The notes below the pieces were generated by a model. The model saw only the letters and a list, made by a program, of their open reading frames with translations. It made no database searches and was not told the origin of the DNA. Position numbers and translations under genes: made by a program. Source: Amoebophrya sp. A120 (taxonomy: Eukaryota; Protista; Dinoflagellata). From it: a stretch of 64,000 nucleotides of DNA. Location: positions 49,128 through 113,127 of the forward strand of contig CAJINV010000032.1 of the NCBI GenBank assembly GCA_905178155.1, written 5' to 3'. Positions 1 through 12,600 of the stretch are shown one piece after another; within the stretch, counting starts at the first letter, position 1, and each line of letters opens with the position of its first letter.

Positions 1-1075
1 CGCGCCCCGAAGGAGCCCTCCCACAACGAAATCAATGCGCCAACCCATCGCGAAGTGCGCGGGAAAACATACAGCGAAAACCGAAGAAGCAACACGCGCG
101 CCCGCCCTCCTCTTCCGCTTGGCTTAGTCCGGTAAGGGAGCCGGGCCAACGAATGCGGACCAGAAAGCTCGGCCAGACGACACACACGGGGCGGGGCTCC
201 TGTCTTTTCTTCGGAAGTCTTCTTTGGGGCGCGCGGTCGCCGCGCGCCCCGCTGGAGCTCTGCCACAACGAAACCCGCCAGCCCATCGCGACGCGCGCGG
301 GAAAACAACGAAAAACGAAGAAGGAAAGCGCGCACCCTTCCGCCCACCTCTTCCGCCTGACTTCTTCTGGTAAGGGGGCCGGGCCAGCGAATGCGGGCCA
401 GAAAGCCCGGCCGGTCGACGCACACGGGGCGGGTTTCCGGTTTTTTTTCCGGCAATCTTCTTTGGGGCGCGCGGTGACCGCGCGCCCCGAAGAAGCTCGC
501 CCGCAACGAAATGCGCCAGCCCATCGCGAAGTGCGCGGGAAAACAGCGAAAAACGAAGAAGGAAAGCGCGCGCCCGCCCACCTCTTCCGCCTGGCTTACT
601 CTGGTAGGGGAGCCGGGCCAACGAATGCGGGCCAGAAAGTTCGGCCAGGCGACGCACACGGGGCGGGGCTCCGGTTTTTTTTCCGGCAATCTTCTTTGAG
701 GCGCGCGGTCGCCGCGCGCCCCGAAGGAGCTTTCCCGCAACGAAATGCGCCAGCCCATCGGGAAGGACGCGGGGAAACAGCGACCGGTGAAGATTGAAAG
801 CGCGCGCCCGCTCGCCTTTTCCGCATGGCTTGTTCCGGTACCGGGGCCGGGTCAACGAGTACGAGCCAGAAAGCGCGGCCAGATGACGCACACTCACGAG
901 GCGGGGTTCGGTTTTTTGCCTGCAATCTTCTTCGGGGCGCGCGGTCGCCGCGCGCCCCAAAGGAGCCTCCCCAAAACCAAAGGCGCCAAGCCATCGCGCA
1001 CAGCGGGCAAGGGCAGTGAAAAACGAAGACGGGGGGCGCGCGCCGCCCCCCCCCCCCCTTTTCCGCCGGGCTTTT
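1..1075. repeat. GC-rich tandem array, unit about 237-240 bp, about 4.5 copies, truncated by window start
   Basis: CGCGCCCC(G)AAGGAG...CAACGAAATGCGCCAGCCCATCGCG recurs near 1, 242, 481, 715 and 951; overlapping ORFs are repetitive in all frames. Confidence 0.9.
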
Positions 1076-1128
1076 GTACAAACTCAATTTTTTCTGTTAT
1101 GAGTGCAATATTACTTTTCTGTAGGATA

Positions 1129-3311
1129 AGTGCCTGCCGCTCGCGGAGGAAAAGCGACCATTGGGACGACGACTTGTGTAGAAGTGGTGGATATCAAATG
1201 CAAATATGTCTGGGTCTGGAAAAGTGGAACTTGTCATGATAAATCAGAATCATGCAAAAATCTGTGTTGCATGATGACCAAAAGCTGCCCACTTTCGACC
1301 AAGTTGAGACGCAGTTTCTTATGTAGGATAGGCATGATGGAGACCTCACAGAATCTGTCATGCTAGGTTCTGCATTCCAAACCCCACTGGACATTCAAAA
1401 TGTGCATGACAAATCTTGCATTCTTCCAGACCCAGAAATTTTTGAATTTGATAGTGGAGCTCGTCTTTGCGTTGTCGACGCCTTTCTGCTTTGCGCCGGA
1501 AGTTGTTGCACCTTTGTGAGAAGATTTTGTCAACATCGCGGGATTCGGGATTGGAGGTGACCTTGGCGCCTCCTTGTTCATCAGCGATCTCGGCTGTGCC
1601 GGTGTTGGAAGGGGCGGAAAATCTTCTTTCTGCCGCATTACCTGTGGCTGAGCTCGTGTGTTCGACGCATTACCTGTGGCTGAGCTCGTGTTTTCGTCCT
1701 GCTTTTGATCAGCGGTTTTGTTGGCGCTCGTCGTGCTGCTGGTATCTCCCACCGCAGCATTACGTGTCCCATTTTTCTTGCCAGGTTGAAGCGGCACTTG
1801 CTGGCCAGCAGTTGTACTGCTGCTGCTGCTGCTGCTGGCAGCGGCGCGTTTTTTCTCCAGCACTGGTTTGACTTGCTTCGCGTCCGCTTTCTGCACACCA
1901 GATTTTGAACCATCTGCTCCCCGCGAGCTCGCTCGGGCTTTCGACGCGGCTCGTCCTCGGACAGAGCTCTTGCTTCTCGACAGTGCTGTATGAAAGAGGA
2001 AAATAAGCCCGCCACCTTCTCGAGCAATGAAGACGCTATTTGTGTTGCTGCACTTCTTGCGTACACAAATTAGTTTGTCATGCGTTCTTGCAGGTAGTAA
2101 ATGCAAATCTCGGTACACTTCTCGTCCCTCCTGCTCTATACGCAAGGCAAATCTACTGGATGCGTACGAAGATTGAGCAACAGAAGTATCGCTACTCGAC
2201 AAAAATGAGAAAGATGGGCTTTTCTTTCCAATACAGTGGCTGTTTCGACGAAGAAGCTTTCGCCTTACCGTCGTCCTGAAAACCGCGTTTTTCCTCGTCC
2301 TCGTCTTTTTCAGCCACAAAAGCAGCAGCAGACCTTTTCATCAGCTGGCCCCCTCGCTCCAACTTGCCCGTCCCCGAGTCATTCGCCGGCAGGTTTTGCC
2401 TTTCGTTCTTTTTGGCCTCCTTCTTCGAACTCGCAGACGCGCCAGAGGGTTGCTGTACAGGAACAATAGCAGCAGCAGCAGCCACGGGAGCAATTGCAGC
2501 AGCTTTCTTCTCTTCATCGTCTTGCTCCTGACAGACATCCTCGGACAGCTCGGCGCGGAAAGCCTCCAGGAGGCAGCATTCTATCCCACGAAAAAAGTGC
2601 TACACAAACATTTGTCGGAGTTTCTGCATCACAAATTTTCTCTGTCTGTGATGCGAAGATGATAAGGGAAAATACGTAGGAAACGAGGCTCGCAAGCATT
2701 TCCTGCATGACAAAGGTTTTCTGTCTTGCTGCTTCTGCAACACAGTGTGTAACTGTAACCCTTTTTTCTCGCGATAAATTCCACCGTCTCCTTGCTTTCC
2801 TCACCGAGTCTGTCCAGGACGAGCATGGCGTTCTCAAGCGTTACACTCTCAAACGTTACAATAGAGCGTGGGTTTTGTATTGTATAATGAGCATGTGCAT
2901 GACAGACTCGGACAGCATTCCACTGTCTGCAATACAAATTTCGCCAGATTGTAAGACGGATTGGGACTCGAGAACTTGTCATGCGCAATCCTATGAGAGT
3001 TGGCTAGATAATGCACGTCTTGCAACACAAATTTCAGATTCTATTGTAACGTTTGGGATTGTAACGTTTGAGCGGGTCATAACGAGACCCAGCTTCTTCA
3101 ACGCCGCCTTCGCTTTCGCGGAATTCCGCAGCTGGAACGCGAACACACCCACAATGTCCGACTTGGAGAGATTCTTCACTCCGCCCATGCCAAATTTTGA
3201 TTTCATGACCGGCGGCAATGCCTCCAGCAAAGCACCAAAGTCGACCTCCTCGCCTGTCGGTGGTTTCTGTTTACCACCCGCGGCAGTGCTGCTCTCCGCT
3301 TCACCCGGCAT
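1129..3311 (-). CDS. Hypothetical low-complexity (Ala/Ser/Lys-rich) protein; 4 introner introns; 3' end probably continues past a further TIR at 1128
   Basis: Removing 2824-3081, 2582-2776, 1989-2233 and 1192-1453, each plus 5 nt, gives one open frame: MPGEAESS...KKLGLV|LDRLGEESKETVEF|CLLEAFRAELSED...KQPL|LSRSKSS...KTSST|TSTQVVVPM. Confidence 0.65.
1192..1453. mobile_element. Introner family A (TIR TATCAAATG.AAA.ATGTCTGGGTCTGGAA)
   Basis: TIR pair; perfect TSD GTGGA; removal keeps the frame. Confidence 0.9.
1989..2233. mobile_element. Introner, family D-like, degenerate
   Basis: TATGAAAGAGGAAAATAAGCCC / GGGCTTTTCTTTCCAATA; TSD degenerate; removal plus 5 nt keeps the frame. Confidence 0.6.
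2582..2776. mobile_element. Introner family C (TIR TATC.CA.GAAAAAA.TG)
   Basis: TSD CATTC/AATTC; frame restored. Confidence 0.8.
2824..3081. mobile_element. Introner, distinct family (internal inverted repeat CTCAAACGTTACAATAGA)
   Basis: About 40-bp imperfect TIR; perfect TSD ACGAG; frame restored. Confidence 0.8.
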
Positions 3312-3856
3312 TTTCGTCACTACCGGAAGCACTTTTCCACTCGCAGAAACTACTGGTCGACGTGCAACGAAGAGATTGCAGTCCTGTGGCAGTGACCAGA
3401 GATTGCAGTCCTGTAGGCTGCGCGATGTAGTACACGAAAAGAAACTTGCGATCCCCCGCGAAGAAGAACGTGGCAGGAAGATATCGTGTGCGGTGACGTG
3501 GACGTTCTTGTAGTTGGGTATGGACAATCACCAACTGCGCGGGATAGAACTCCGTCCGCTTGTCTTCGCACGTAGATACCCTAACGGCAACCTCTTGTCG
3601 TGCAGTAGATTTAAATGAAGCACTGTGTTGTTCTCGTTGGACAGCGTTCTCGCCGTAGTAGAGCAGCGTCGTGATGAGTGCTTATTCAAGTCGTGCTCTT
3701 CCGTCAGATACAGGTAGAGACACGAGAGAAGCGCCGGCGGAACGATGTATTTGCGTTTCCTTCCCGACCGACTAAATCAGCTCTCGTGCTCTTCGAAGAT
3801 CTTGCGCGTCGAAAAAATCAGGCACGGTCCGGTTCAAAGTGCTCGAAATAATCCGT

Positions 3857-4006
3857 TATGAACTGCAAAAGTATCGTACTAGTAGTAATTGCAACACAAA
3901 TTCGCTCAGCATGACAAATGGAATCTGTCATGCTGATTTGCGTTGGGAACGATATTTGTAATGCATGACTGCAATTACTACGAGTACGATACTTTTGCAC
4001 AGGATA
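3857..4006. mobile_element. Introner family B (about 150 bp; TIR TAT....TGCAAAAGTATCGTACT.GTA)
   Basis: Perfect TSD TCCGT; empty site with a single TCCGT in the duplicate near 4984. Confidence 0.93.
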
Positions 4007-4149
4007 TCCGTGAGCAATCACTCAGCTCGATGGGTTCGTTCGTCACTTGAATATAATTAACGTAGGCCCGGTATTAAAATCGAAGGACAAGAAGCCGAGG
4101 ATGAATTGCCGTCACTCCGTCCACTGGTAGTTTTCCGGCGTTCGGTGTA

Positions 4150-4411
4150 TATCAACCGTAAAAATGTCTGGGTCTGGAAGAATCCAACTTGTCATGCTGA
4201 TTTTGGATTCTAAGAAAATCTGTATTGCATGAGCAGCAAAGAGAGTCCAAGTTTTGCTACACGGAAAGAGCATTTGCCATGCGGTATAGGCATCAGGAAG
4301 CCCTCACAAAATCTGTGATGCTAGGGCATGCATCACAAACATCAGGAGTCATCCAAAATGTGCATGACAAACCTGGCAATCTTCCAGACCCAGACATTTT
4401 TGCAGTTGATA
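4150..4411. mobile_element. Introner family A
   Basis: Perfect TSD GTGTA; empty site in the duplicate near 5118. Confidence 0.93.
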
Positions 4412-5668
4412 GTGTACGAAAGTGGACAATTTCCGTGTCCTCAACACGTCCTCGTGTAACTGGGTGTTGCCGTCGTGGGCAACTAGTTCGCAATAAACTC
4501 CGACTCGCACGAACTGGAGATCGACGTGGTGCAACGAAGAAATTACCACCGCGTCGTGGTAGATTAGCACGTCGTAGGCTCCTGCACTTTATGGTGACGA
4601 AAAAAGAACTGGTGGTCCACCACCGCGAACCCGTGGTATCGGGATAAGGTCGTTCGTGTAGTCAGGTAAACACGCCTTCTTCGGCGGGGTTGTCCGTCCG
4701 CTCGTCGTCGGTAGAAACCGGCGAAACTGCTTGTCGTACAGTCGGGAAGTAAAGCGTGACCTACTTGCAGCTCCCGTACAGCGTTTTCGTAGTACAGCAG
4801 CTTCGTGAGAGATTTTCAAGTGCCTCCTCCTCCGTCAGATAAAGGTACAGACACGCTAGAAGCGCCGGCGGAACGAGGTACTTTGCGTTTCCTTCCCGAC
4901 CGACTAAATCAGCTCTCGTGCTGTTCGAAGATCTTGCGTGTCGAAAAAATCAGGCACGGTCCGGTTCAAAGTGCTCGAAATAATCCGTGAGAAATCACTC
5001 AGTTCGATGGGTTCGTTCGTCACCTGAATATTTTAACGTAGGCCCGGTACTAAAATCGGAGGACAAGCCGAGAATGAATTGCCGTCAAATAAACCACTGC
5101 CAGTTTTCCGGCGTTCGGTGTACGAAAGTGGACAATTTCCGTGTCCTCAACACGTCCTCGTGTAACTGGGTGTTGCCGTCGTGGGCAACTAGTTCGCAAT
5201 AAACTCCGACTCGCACGAACTGGAGATCGACGTGGTGCAACGAAGAAATTACCACCGCGTCGTGGTAGATTAGCACGTCGTAGGCTCCTGCACTTTATGG
5301 TGACGAAAAAAGAACTGGTGGTCCACCACCGCGAACCCGTGGTATCGGGATAAGGTCGTTCGTGTAGTCAGGTAAACACGCCTTCTTCGGCGGGGTTGTC
5401 CGTCCGCTCGTCGTCGGTAGAAACCGGCGAAACTGCTTGTCGTACAGTCGGGAAGTAAAGCGTGACCTACTTGCAGCTCCCGTACAGCGTTTTCGTAGTA
5501 CAGCAGCTTCGTGAGAGATTTTCAAGTGCCTCCTCCTCCGTCAGATAAAGGAACAGACACGCTAGAAGCGCCGGCGGAACGAGGTACTTTGCGTTCCTTC
5601 CCGACCACTGAAATCAGGTTTCGTGCGGTTTTTCCAAGGTCTCGTGTGATCAAGATCTCCCACTGGTA

Positions 5669-5861
5669 TATGAGAGAGCACAACTCCCCCTCCCCGCTTA
5701 TTTGTCATGCAACATACCAAAAGTACCCTTTGCCTCTTGGCACTTTTTGCATGACAGATTCTGGCGACGCAAACAGCACTACAATCCGGAGTTAATTTGT
5801 CATGCAAAACCTGCACTCTTGCCCTAGAAATGAGGGGGAGGGGGAATCGTGCACTCTCATA
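5669..5861. mobile_element. Introner family E (TIR TATGAGAGTGCACAAC.CCCC)
   Basis: TIR pair; perfect TSD TGGTA. Confidence 0.88.
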
Positions 5862-8506
5862 TGGTAGTTTCCCGACGTGGAACTGGAACGAAAAAATGAC
5901 TTACAGGCTTGTCGTAGAAGAGCACGTTGTAACGAAAAAATTTGTCTTCCGCGAAAATGTGGTCGGATATCGTCTGTGATGTGGACGTTCTTGCAGAAGC
6001 GAAAAACGCGGGGCAAAAAAGCGTCTGCTTGTCGTCGGTAGAAGCCGTAGCTTTTTGTACCGATCTACTGCGAGGATGTAGAACCGGAGCTGCTACGCAC
6101 AGTACATCAAAATGTTGTCGTACAGCAGATATTCAGAACGCAAACTTGGTCTCGTACAGCAGCGTGGTGATGTCAAAGTGCAGCTTTTCCTTCAGATATA
6201 ACTCGGTAGGAGTTGTACTACACCAAACAACCGCCGGCGGAGCGATCTTTGCGTTCCTTCTCGGCCGACGAAATCACGCTGCGTGCTGTTCAAACGTCTC
6301 GCGTGTCGAAAAGATCAGGTACTGTTCGCTTCCAAGTGCTCGAAATAATCCGTGGGAGAAAAAAATCGGTTCGTAGTGTTCGTTCTTCTCGTGGATATTG
6401 AAGTCGTGCCGGTACTAAGATCGGAGGACAGTATACAACTCGGGGATGATGAATCCAATGTCAGGGGTAATTCAGTCGGGTAGAAGTACTGTGGGTTGTC
6501 GCTGTTCGTGTCTTGGAATCCTGTCGTCGTTGTTGTCACCGCGAAAAAATCTGGTGCTTGAACATCAAGGTGTCGTCGGATCGCAATCCGGGTTAGTGGG
6601 CGAAGATGAACGCAGCGTCGGCTTGTGCGACGCGGTTGAGGTAGTTCAAGACGAAGTTCTCTTCGCGATATATGAAATTTGATTCAACGCAAGTTTGTCA
6701 TGCTGGTTCGCATGATAATAATTCGCATCCCGGTTTTTAACTATGACTGCCACTGTGGTCATGCCCAAATTTAACTCTGCAAACTCAAAGTACAGAACGG
6801 ACGGAAGAAGTATCAACTACAGGTAGGGCAGAACTATCGAAATAAAATCCTTGATACGAAGATACTGAGCATGCATATTTACGAAGAAACGCATGACAAA
6901 CTGGATCGTTGACGCAAAATTGTGTCCCAGCGTAGGTGTCGATCTTCACGTAGATTTGGTGATGGAAGGGGCTTGAAACCCAGCGTAAGTAGGTGTCGCT
7001 CTTCACGTATAGATTTGGTCATGGAAGGGGCTTAAAACCCAGCTTCAGAAGCTTGAGTCAGGTCAAAGTTTGCGTTGTGCTGAACAGGGACTTTGTGGTA
7101 GAATTATCGGGGAGCAGAGATGAGTACGCGCATGACATGACAGGTTTATTTTCAACAAGTTGCATGACAAACACAAACCAAACTTTGACTCGACTCAAAC
7201 TTTTGATCACATATGACGCGGTGCTGCCTGGCCATAAATTGAAACGCTTTTTACTTCTTGCTCTGACACGAAATCGCTCGAAAAGAAGACTCGATATGTT
7301 CTTGGTGATGTTTTTGACGTTGAATACGAAAGAACTACGGAGATTTAACGTGCTCCTACTCTTCTTCAACCAAAGATGACATTAACAAGACAGAAACACG
7401 GCGTGGTATTGACTTGGCTAGAGGTTTTTTTGGATCGGAATGGAATGGTTTGTGATAGACAGTGTGAAGATTCGGATGTGCATCTTGCGCCATGAAGGTT
7501 CTTGTACAAGCACAGTATGTAGCAACGCTTTCCGCATAAGTCCAAGTATTTTGGCATTGAGCAGCCACAACCTTAGGTATTTCGAAATAAGTGCTTCACG
7601 ACCACCTAGAAGCTTCTGTATTAACCGCACCGTGTCAATATCCTCATCTTGCGCCAGAAAAAAAAGCGTCACTTCGGATCTTTCAACATCATGGTCCTCT
7701 TCCATCTTTATCTTCCATCTTTATCTTCCATCTTCACCACCATTACAGATTCGACTTGCACCACGTTCTTCAATATCTACCGTCCTGTCCTCGACCAGCA
7801 ATACAAATTTGATATGCTCGTTCGCATCCTCCATCAGCAAGATCAAACCAGATACAACTACTATCGTGCTTAATAAGCACTTCCGCAGAATAGTCTCTTC
7901 GACACAAGTGCGCATCGACTTCTTCATTCTTTGTGGAAGCAACAAAAGCGGGGGAGACAGAAGAATTTCAAATTTTTTTTTTCCCCGGCACGGAACAGGA
8001 TCTGTTTTGCTTTTGCGCTTCCCTCTCACTTGTCTACTTCATACTACCGGTGCTGTGTTTTGCTAACGAGATCTTGAGGTCTTTTTCTTCTTACCGAGAG
8101 CTGAAAACGCTGATACTAGTGAAAGCTACGTACCCGCCTGGAGCTTATTAAACAATCCATCTCTGGCGCCGGGGACCTGTTCTGTCGGAGGTATAGAAGC
8201 GTTTATACGAATAGTTTCTTCGTGCTCCTACCAGTCGTGTGTGGCTATCAATACAAGAAAATGATCCTTGAACATCAACTACTAACTGGCGCCGCAAAGA
8301 AATAGGCCTCAACTCACCATGGCACGTTCCTCATTGTCTCTACGATAATTATCTAGACAAATCCTTTTTTTCGTGCTTTTTGCTTTTTTTCAATCATTGT
8401 TGGGAAACGGCTTTGGTTTCAAAAGGAACCACAGGAAGTAGACCCGGAGATAGAGAGAGAGAGAGAAATAAAAAACTACGATTATCGTCATATCAAACCG
8501 GAAGAT

Positions 8507-8771
8507 TATGCACTGCAAATATGTCTGCGTCTGGAAGAATGCAAGGTCTCTCATGCATGTTTTGCATGGCCCATGATGCCTGTAATGCATGACCTAGCCT
8601 CGTCACAGATTTTTACAAGGCGTCCTGATGCCTATTCCGCATGATAAATGCACTTCCCGCGTAGCACAACCTGAACTCCTCTTGCTGGTCATGCAATACA
8701 GATTTTTTTGGAGTCCACAGTTAGCATCACAGGTTCCAACTTTGCAGACCCAGACATATTTGCAGTTGATA
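8507..8771. mobile_element. Introner family A
   Basis: TIR pair; family A interior; TSD degenerate (AAGAT/CGGAT). Confidence 0.8.
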
Positions 8772-8827
8772 CGGATTTTTGATCGTCGTGGGACCAGTCG
8801 AAAATAAACGGAAAAATTGAACATATG

Positions 8828-9067
8828 TATGCATTTCAAAAATGTCTGGGTCTGGAAGAATGCAAGATCTGTCATGCCTTTCACGGACCACCCACATGGT
8901 CTGAAATGCACTCAGCAGCATCACAGATTTTGCGAGAAATCGGCGTTTTGCCTAGCCAGAATTGGGCAGGTTTTTGCGTGCATGCAACACAGATTTCTTT
9001 TTTTTGAATAAGGGGTCGCATGACAAAGGCTGGACTTTTCCCTACCCAGATCTATTTGCACTGGATA
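8828..9067. mobile_element. Introner family A
   Basis: TIR pair; TSD partial (ATATG/ATAAT). Confidence 0.75.
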
Positions 9068-9606
9068 ATAATCGAATACTTCGTTATCTGCTGCTGCGGG
9101 CAAATCGAGGAATTTCAGTCACTGCAAATCAGTGATGTGAATCTGAAGTCACATCAGACGGTGCATTTCGAAAAAAATCTGGTATAGTCGCTACTTCGTC
9201 TTGTTTAATCGTTAGAATGGCTGAACAATACTCCGATCGGTTTTGAAGCTTTTGTTGGTCATGAACCTTCTACTGAGGCACGAAAAAAAAAACGCGGCAT
9301 ATTTAAAATTGGTATGGTTGGAGGGCAATAGTTTTTAAGTTCAAAACTACTTGTGCTTCCTAAAAGTTTGTAAGTTCAAAACTACTTGTGCTTCCTCATC
9401 CTAATTCTTTATTCATGGCGACAAAGTTTTGATCTATTTCTTCGTCCACACCTTCTTGTGATGGCACGGCTCCGCCGCGTGTCCAAATCATTGCACTATG
9501 TGGAGTTCACAAATAAGCTTCTCCACTCGTATCGCGAAGCTCTTCCTGCATGCTATCGGGACGAGATAGATACGTTTTTCCCCAGGATAGACCTTCTTTT
9601 CCGCAG

Positions 9607-12600
9607 CTATTCCTGCACCCACTCGCCGCTGGCATTCCTCTTCCAGCGCGGCTTGTTTTCCATCGTGGTATGCAAGCGAAATTGCAAGTCGAGGTTTGTT
9701 TCTCACGCGAGCTCGCTCGCAGAGGTTGAGCCCCCCGCCTCTGAGCCCTCTAAAGCTTTACGCACGTACCCAGCAGCTGGGTACGTGCGTAACTTCTGGC
9801 CCAGCTGCGAAGGGGCAGCTGGGCCAGCTGCCCGGCCGACAGCAGCCCGCTGCCAATTCTTTGCCCTACTTTCGAACACCTCGGGCCCCGTGGCTCGTTG
9901 CCACTTCTCTGCCTGCCTTTCCGCGAAGGTGCAGATCGCGGGGATTTTTCCCAAACTCGCCGCCCCGCCGCCCGCCTCCTTGGGGCGGGGTTTTTGAACC
10001 ATTCCACGAAGGAGCAGATCGCGGGGATTTTTCCCAAACTCGCCGCCCCGCCGCCCGCCTCCTTGGGCCGGGGTTTTTGATTGAACCACTCCACGAAGGT
10101 GCAGATCGCGGGGATTTTTCCCAAACTCGCCGCCCCGCCGCCCGCCTCCTCGGGCCGGGGTTTTTGAGCCATTTCGCGAAGGTGTCGACCGCGGGGATTT
10201 TTCCCAAACTCGCCGCCCCGCCGCCCGCTTCCTCGGGCGGGGCGGGGTTTTTAAGCCATTTCGAGCCATTCCGCGACGCACGGCACGGCGTGCCGTTCTT
10301 CGGCGTGCCACGCCGAAGAACGGGCGGCAACCCGCGACGCACGGCACACCAAGAGAGTGCGATAGGGGTCGCACTCTCTCCGGGAGGGAGCTCCGCGCCG
10401 GCTGGCAAAATCCTGCCAAATTCTGCCAGCAACCAAGCCGCTAGAATGACGACCCGGACCAAAGAACGAGCAGCGCCCGAAGATGCACGGCACGCCATCA
10501 GAGTGCGATAGGGGTCGCACTCTCTCCGGGAGCTCCGCGCCGGCTGGCAAAATCCTGCCAAATTCTGCCGACAACCAAGCCGCCAGAATAGCGAGCCAGA
10601 CCAAAGAACGGACAGCGCGCCTCATAACGCCAATGGTCTGCGGCCGTCGATGAATTGTTTACCGGCTCCGCTGTGTGCCCTATCTTGCTCCTCCCAAAGC
10701 CGAAGAAAAAGCCACCGCCTTGGGGTTGTCGATGAATTGCTAGGCACCTCATAACGCCAATGGTCTGCGGCTGTCGATGAATTGCCTACCGGCTCCGCGG
10801 TGTGCCCTTTCTTGCTTCTCCCAAAGCCGGGGAAAAATCCACCGCCTAGGGGTTGCCGATGAATTGCTAGGCACCTCATGACGCCAGTGGTCTTCGGCTG
10901 TCGATGAATTGTCTACCGGCTCCGCGGTGTGCCCTTTCTTGCTCCTCCACAAGCCGGGGAAAAATCCGCCGCCTTGGGGTTGTCGATGAATTGCCCGGCA
11001 CCTCCTAGCCCCAATGGTCTGCGGCTGTCGATGAATTGTCTACCGGCTCCGAGGTGCGCACTTTCTTGCTCCTCCCAAAGCCGGGGGGAAATCCTTCCAC
11101 CGCCATGGGGTTGTCGATGAATTGCTCGGCACCTCCTAGCCCCAATGGTCTGCGGCTGTCGATGAATTGTTTACCGGCTCCGCGGTGTGCCCTTTCTTGC
11201 CCCTCCCAAAGCCGGGGAAAAATCCACCGCCTTGGGGTTGTCGATGAATTGCTCGGCACCTCCTAGCCCCAATGGTCTGCGGCTGTCGATGAATTGTTTA
11301 CCGGCTCCGCGGTGTGCCCTTTCTTGCTCCTCCCAAAGCCGGGGAAAAATCCACCGCCTTGGGGTTGTCGATGAATTGCTCGGCACCACCTAGCCCCGAT
11401 GCTCTGCGGCTGTCGATGAATTGTTTACCGGCTCCGCGGTGTGCCCTTTCTTGCTCCTCCCAAAGCCGGGGAAAAATCCACCGCCTTGGGGTTGTCGATG
11501 AATTGCTCGGCACCACCTAGCCCCGATGCTCTGCGGCTGTCGATGAATTGTTTACCGGCTCCGCGGTGTGCCCTTTCTTGCTCCTCCCAAAGCCGGGGAA
11601 AAATCCACCGCCTTGGGGTTGTCGATGAATTGCTCGGCACCACCTAGCCCCGATGCTCTGCGGCTGTCGATGAATTGTTTACCGGCTCCGCGGTGTGCCC
11701 TTTCTTGCTCCTCCCAAAGCCGGGGAAAAATCCACCGCCTTGGGGTTGTCGATGAATTGCTCGGCACCACCTAGCCCCGATGCTCTGCGGCTGTCGATGA
11801 ATTGTTTACCGGCTCCGCGGTGTGCCCTTTCTTGCTCCTCCCAAAGCCGGGGAAAAATCCACCGCCTTGGGGTTGTCGATGAATTGCTCGGCACCACCTA
11901 GCCCCGATGCTCTGCGGCTGTCGATGAATTGTTTACCGGCTCCGCGGTGTGCCCTTTCTTGCTCCTCCCAAAGCCGGGGAAAAATCCACCGCCTTGGGGT
12001 TGTCGATGAATTGCTCGGCACCACCTAGCCCCGATGCTCTGCGGCTGTCGATGAATTGTTTACCGGCTCCGCGGTGTGCCCTTTCTTGCTCCTCCCAAAG
12101 CCGGGGAAAAATCCACCGCCTTGGGGTTGTCGATGAATTGCTCGGCACCACCTAGCCCCGATGCTCTGCGGCTGTCGATGAATTGTTTACCGGCTCCGCG
12201 GTGTGCCCTTTCTTGCTCCTCCCAAAGCCGGGGAAAAATCCACCGCCTTGGGGTTGTCGATGAATTGCTCGGCACCACCTAGCCCCGATGCTCTGCGGCT
12301 GTCGATGAATTGTTTACCGGCTCCGCGGTGTGCCCTTTCTTGCTCCTCCCAAAGCCGGGGAAAAATCCACCGCCTTGGGGTTGTCGATGAATTGCTCGGC
12401 ACCACCTAGCCCCGATGCTCTGCGGCTGTCGATGAATTGTTTACCGGCTCCGCGGTGTGCCCTTTCTTGCTCCTCCCAAAGCCGGGGAAAAATCCACCGC
12501 CTTGGGGTTGTCGATGAATTGCTCGGCACCACCTAGCCCCGATGCTCTGCGGCTGTCGATGAATTGTTTACCGGCTCCGCGGTGTGCCCTTTCTTGCTCC

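Larger units (their letters stand above)
3700..5605. repeat. Tandem duplication, unit about 706 bp, of a decayed gene segment; more diverged relatives to about 6500
   Basis: 4412-4900 is nearly identical to 5118-5605 (ORFs 4589/5295 identical); 3700-4416 matches 4830-5122 once two introners are removed; stops in all frames. Confidence 0.85.

Noticed and set aside
4225-4647. Recurring peptides such as LPDPDIF, MSGSGR and KNVWVWK as a protein family or transposase
   Set aside because: They are translations of the family A TIR in different frames; the elements are too short to code, and no transposase or reverse transcriptase ORF was recognised in the window.
6671-6856. Possible degenerate introner
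   Set aside because: Has TATG...GATA ends and a TTTGTCATGC motif, but the TIR and TSD are too weak and there is no frame to test.
7366-8066. Possible gene (ORFs 7418-7705 and 7721-8029)
   Set aside because: Frames are discontinuous with no recognisable domain or introner junction to join them; at most a decayed fragment.
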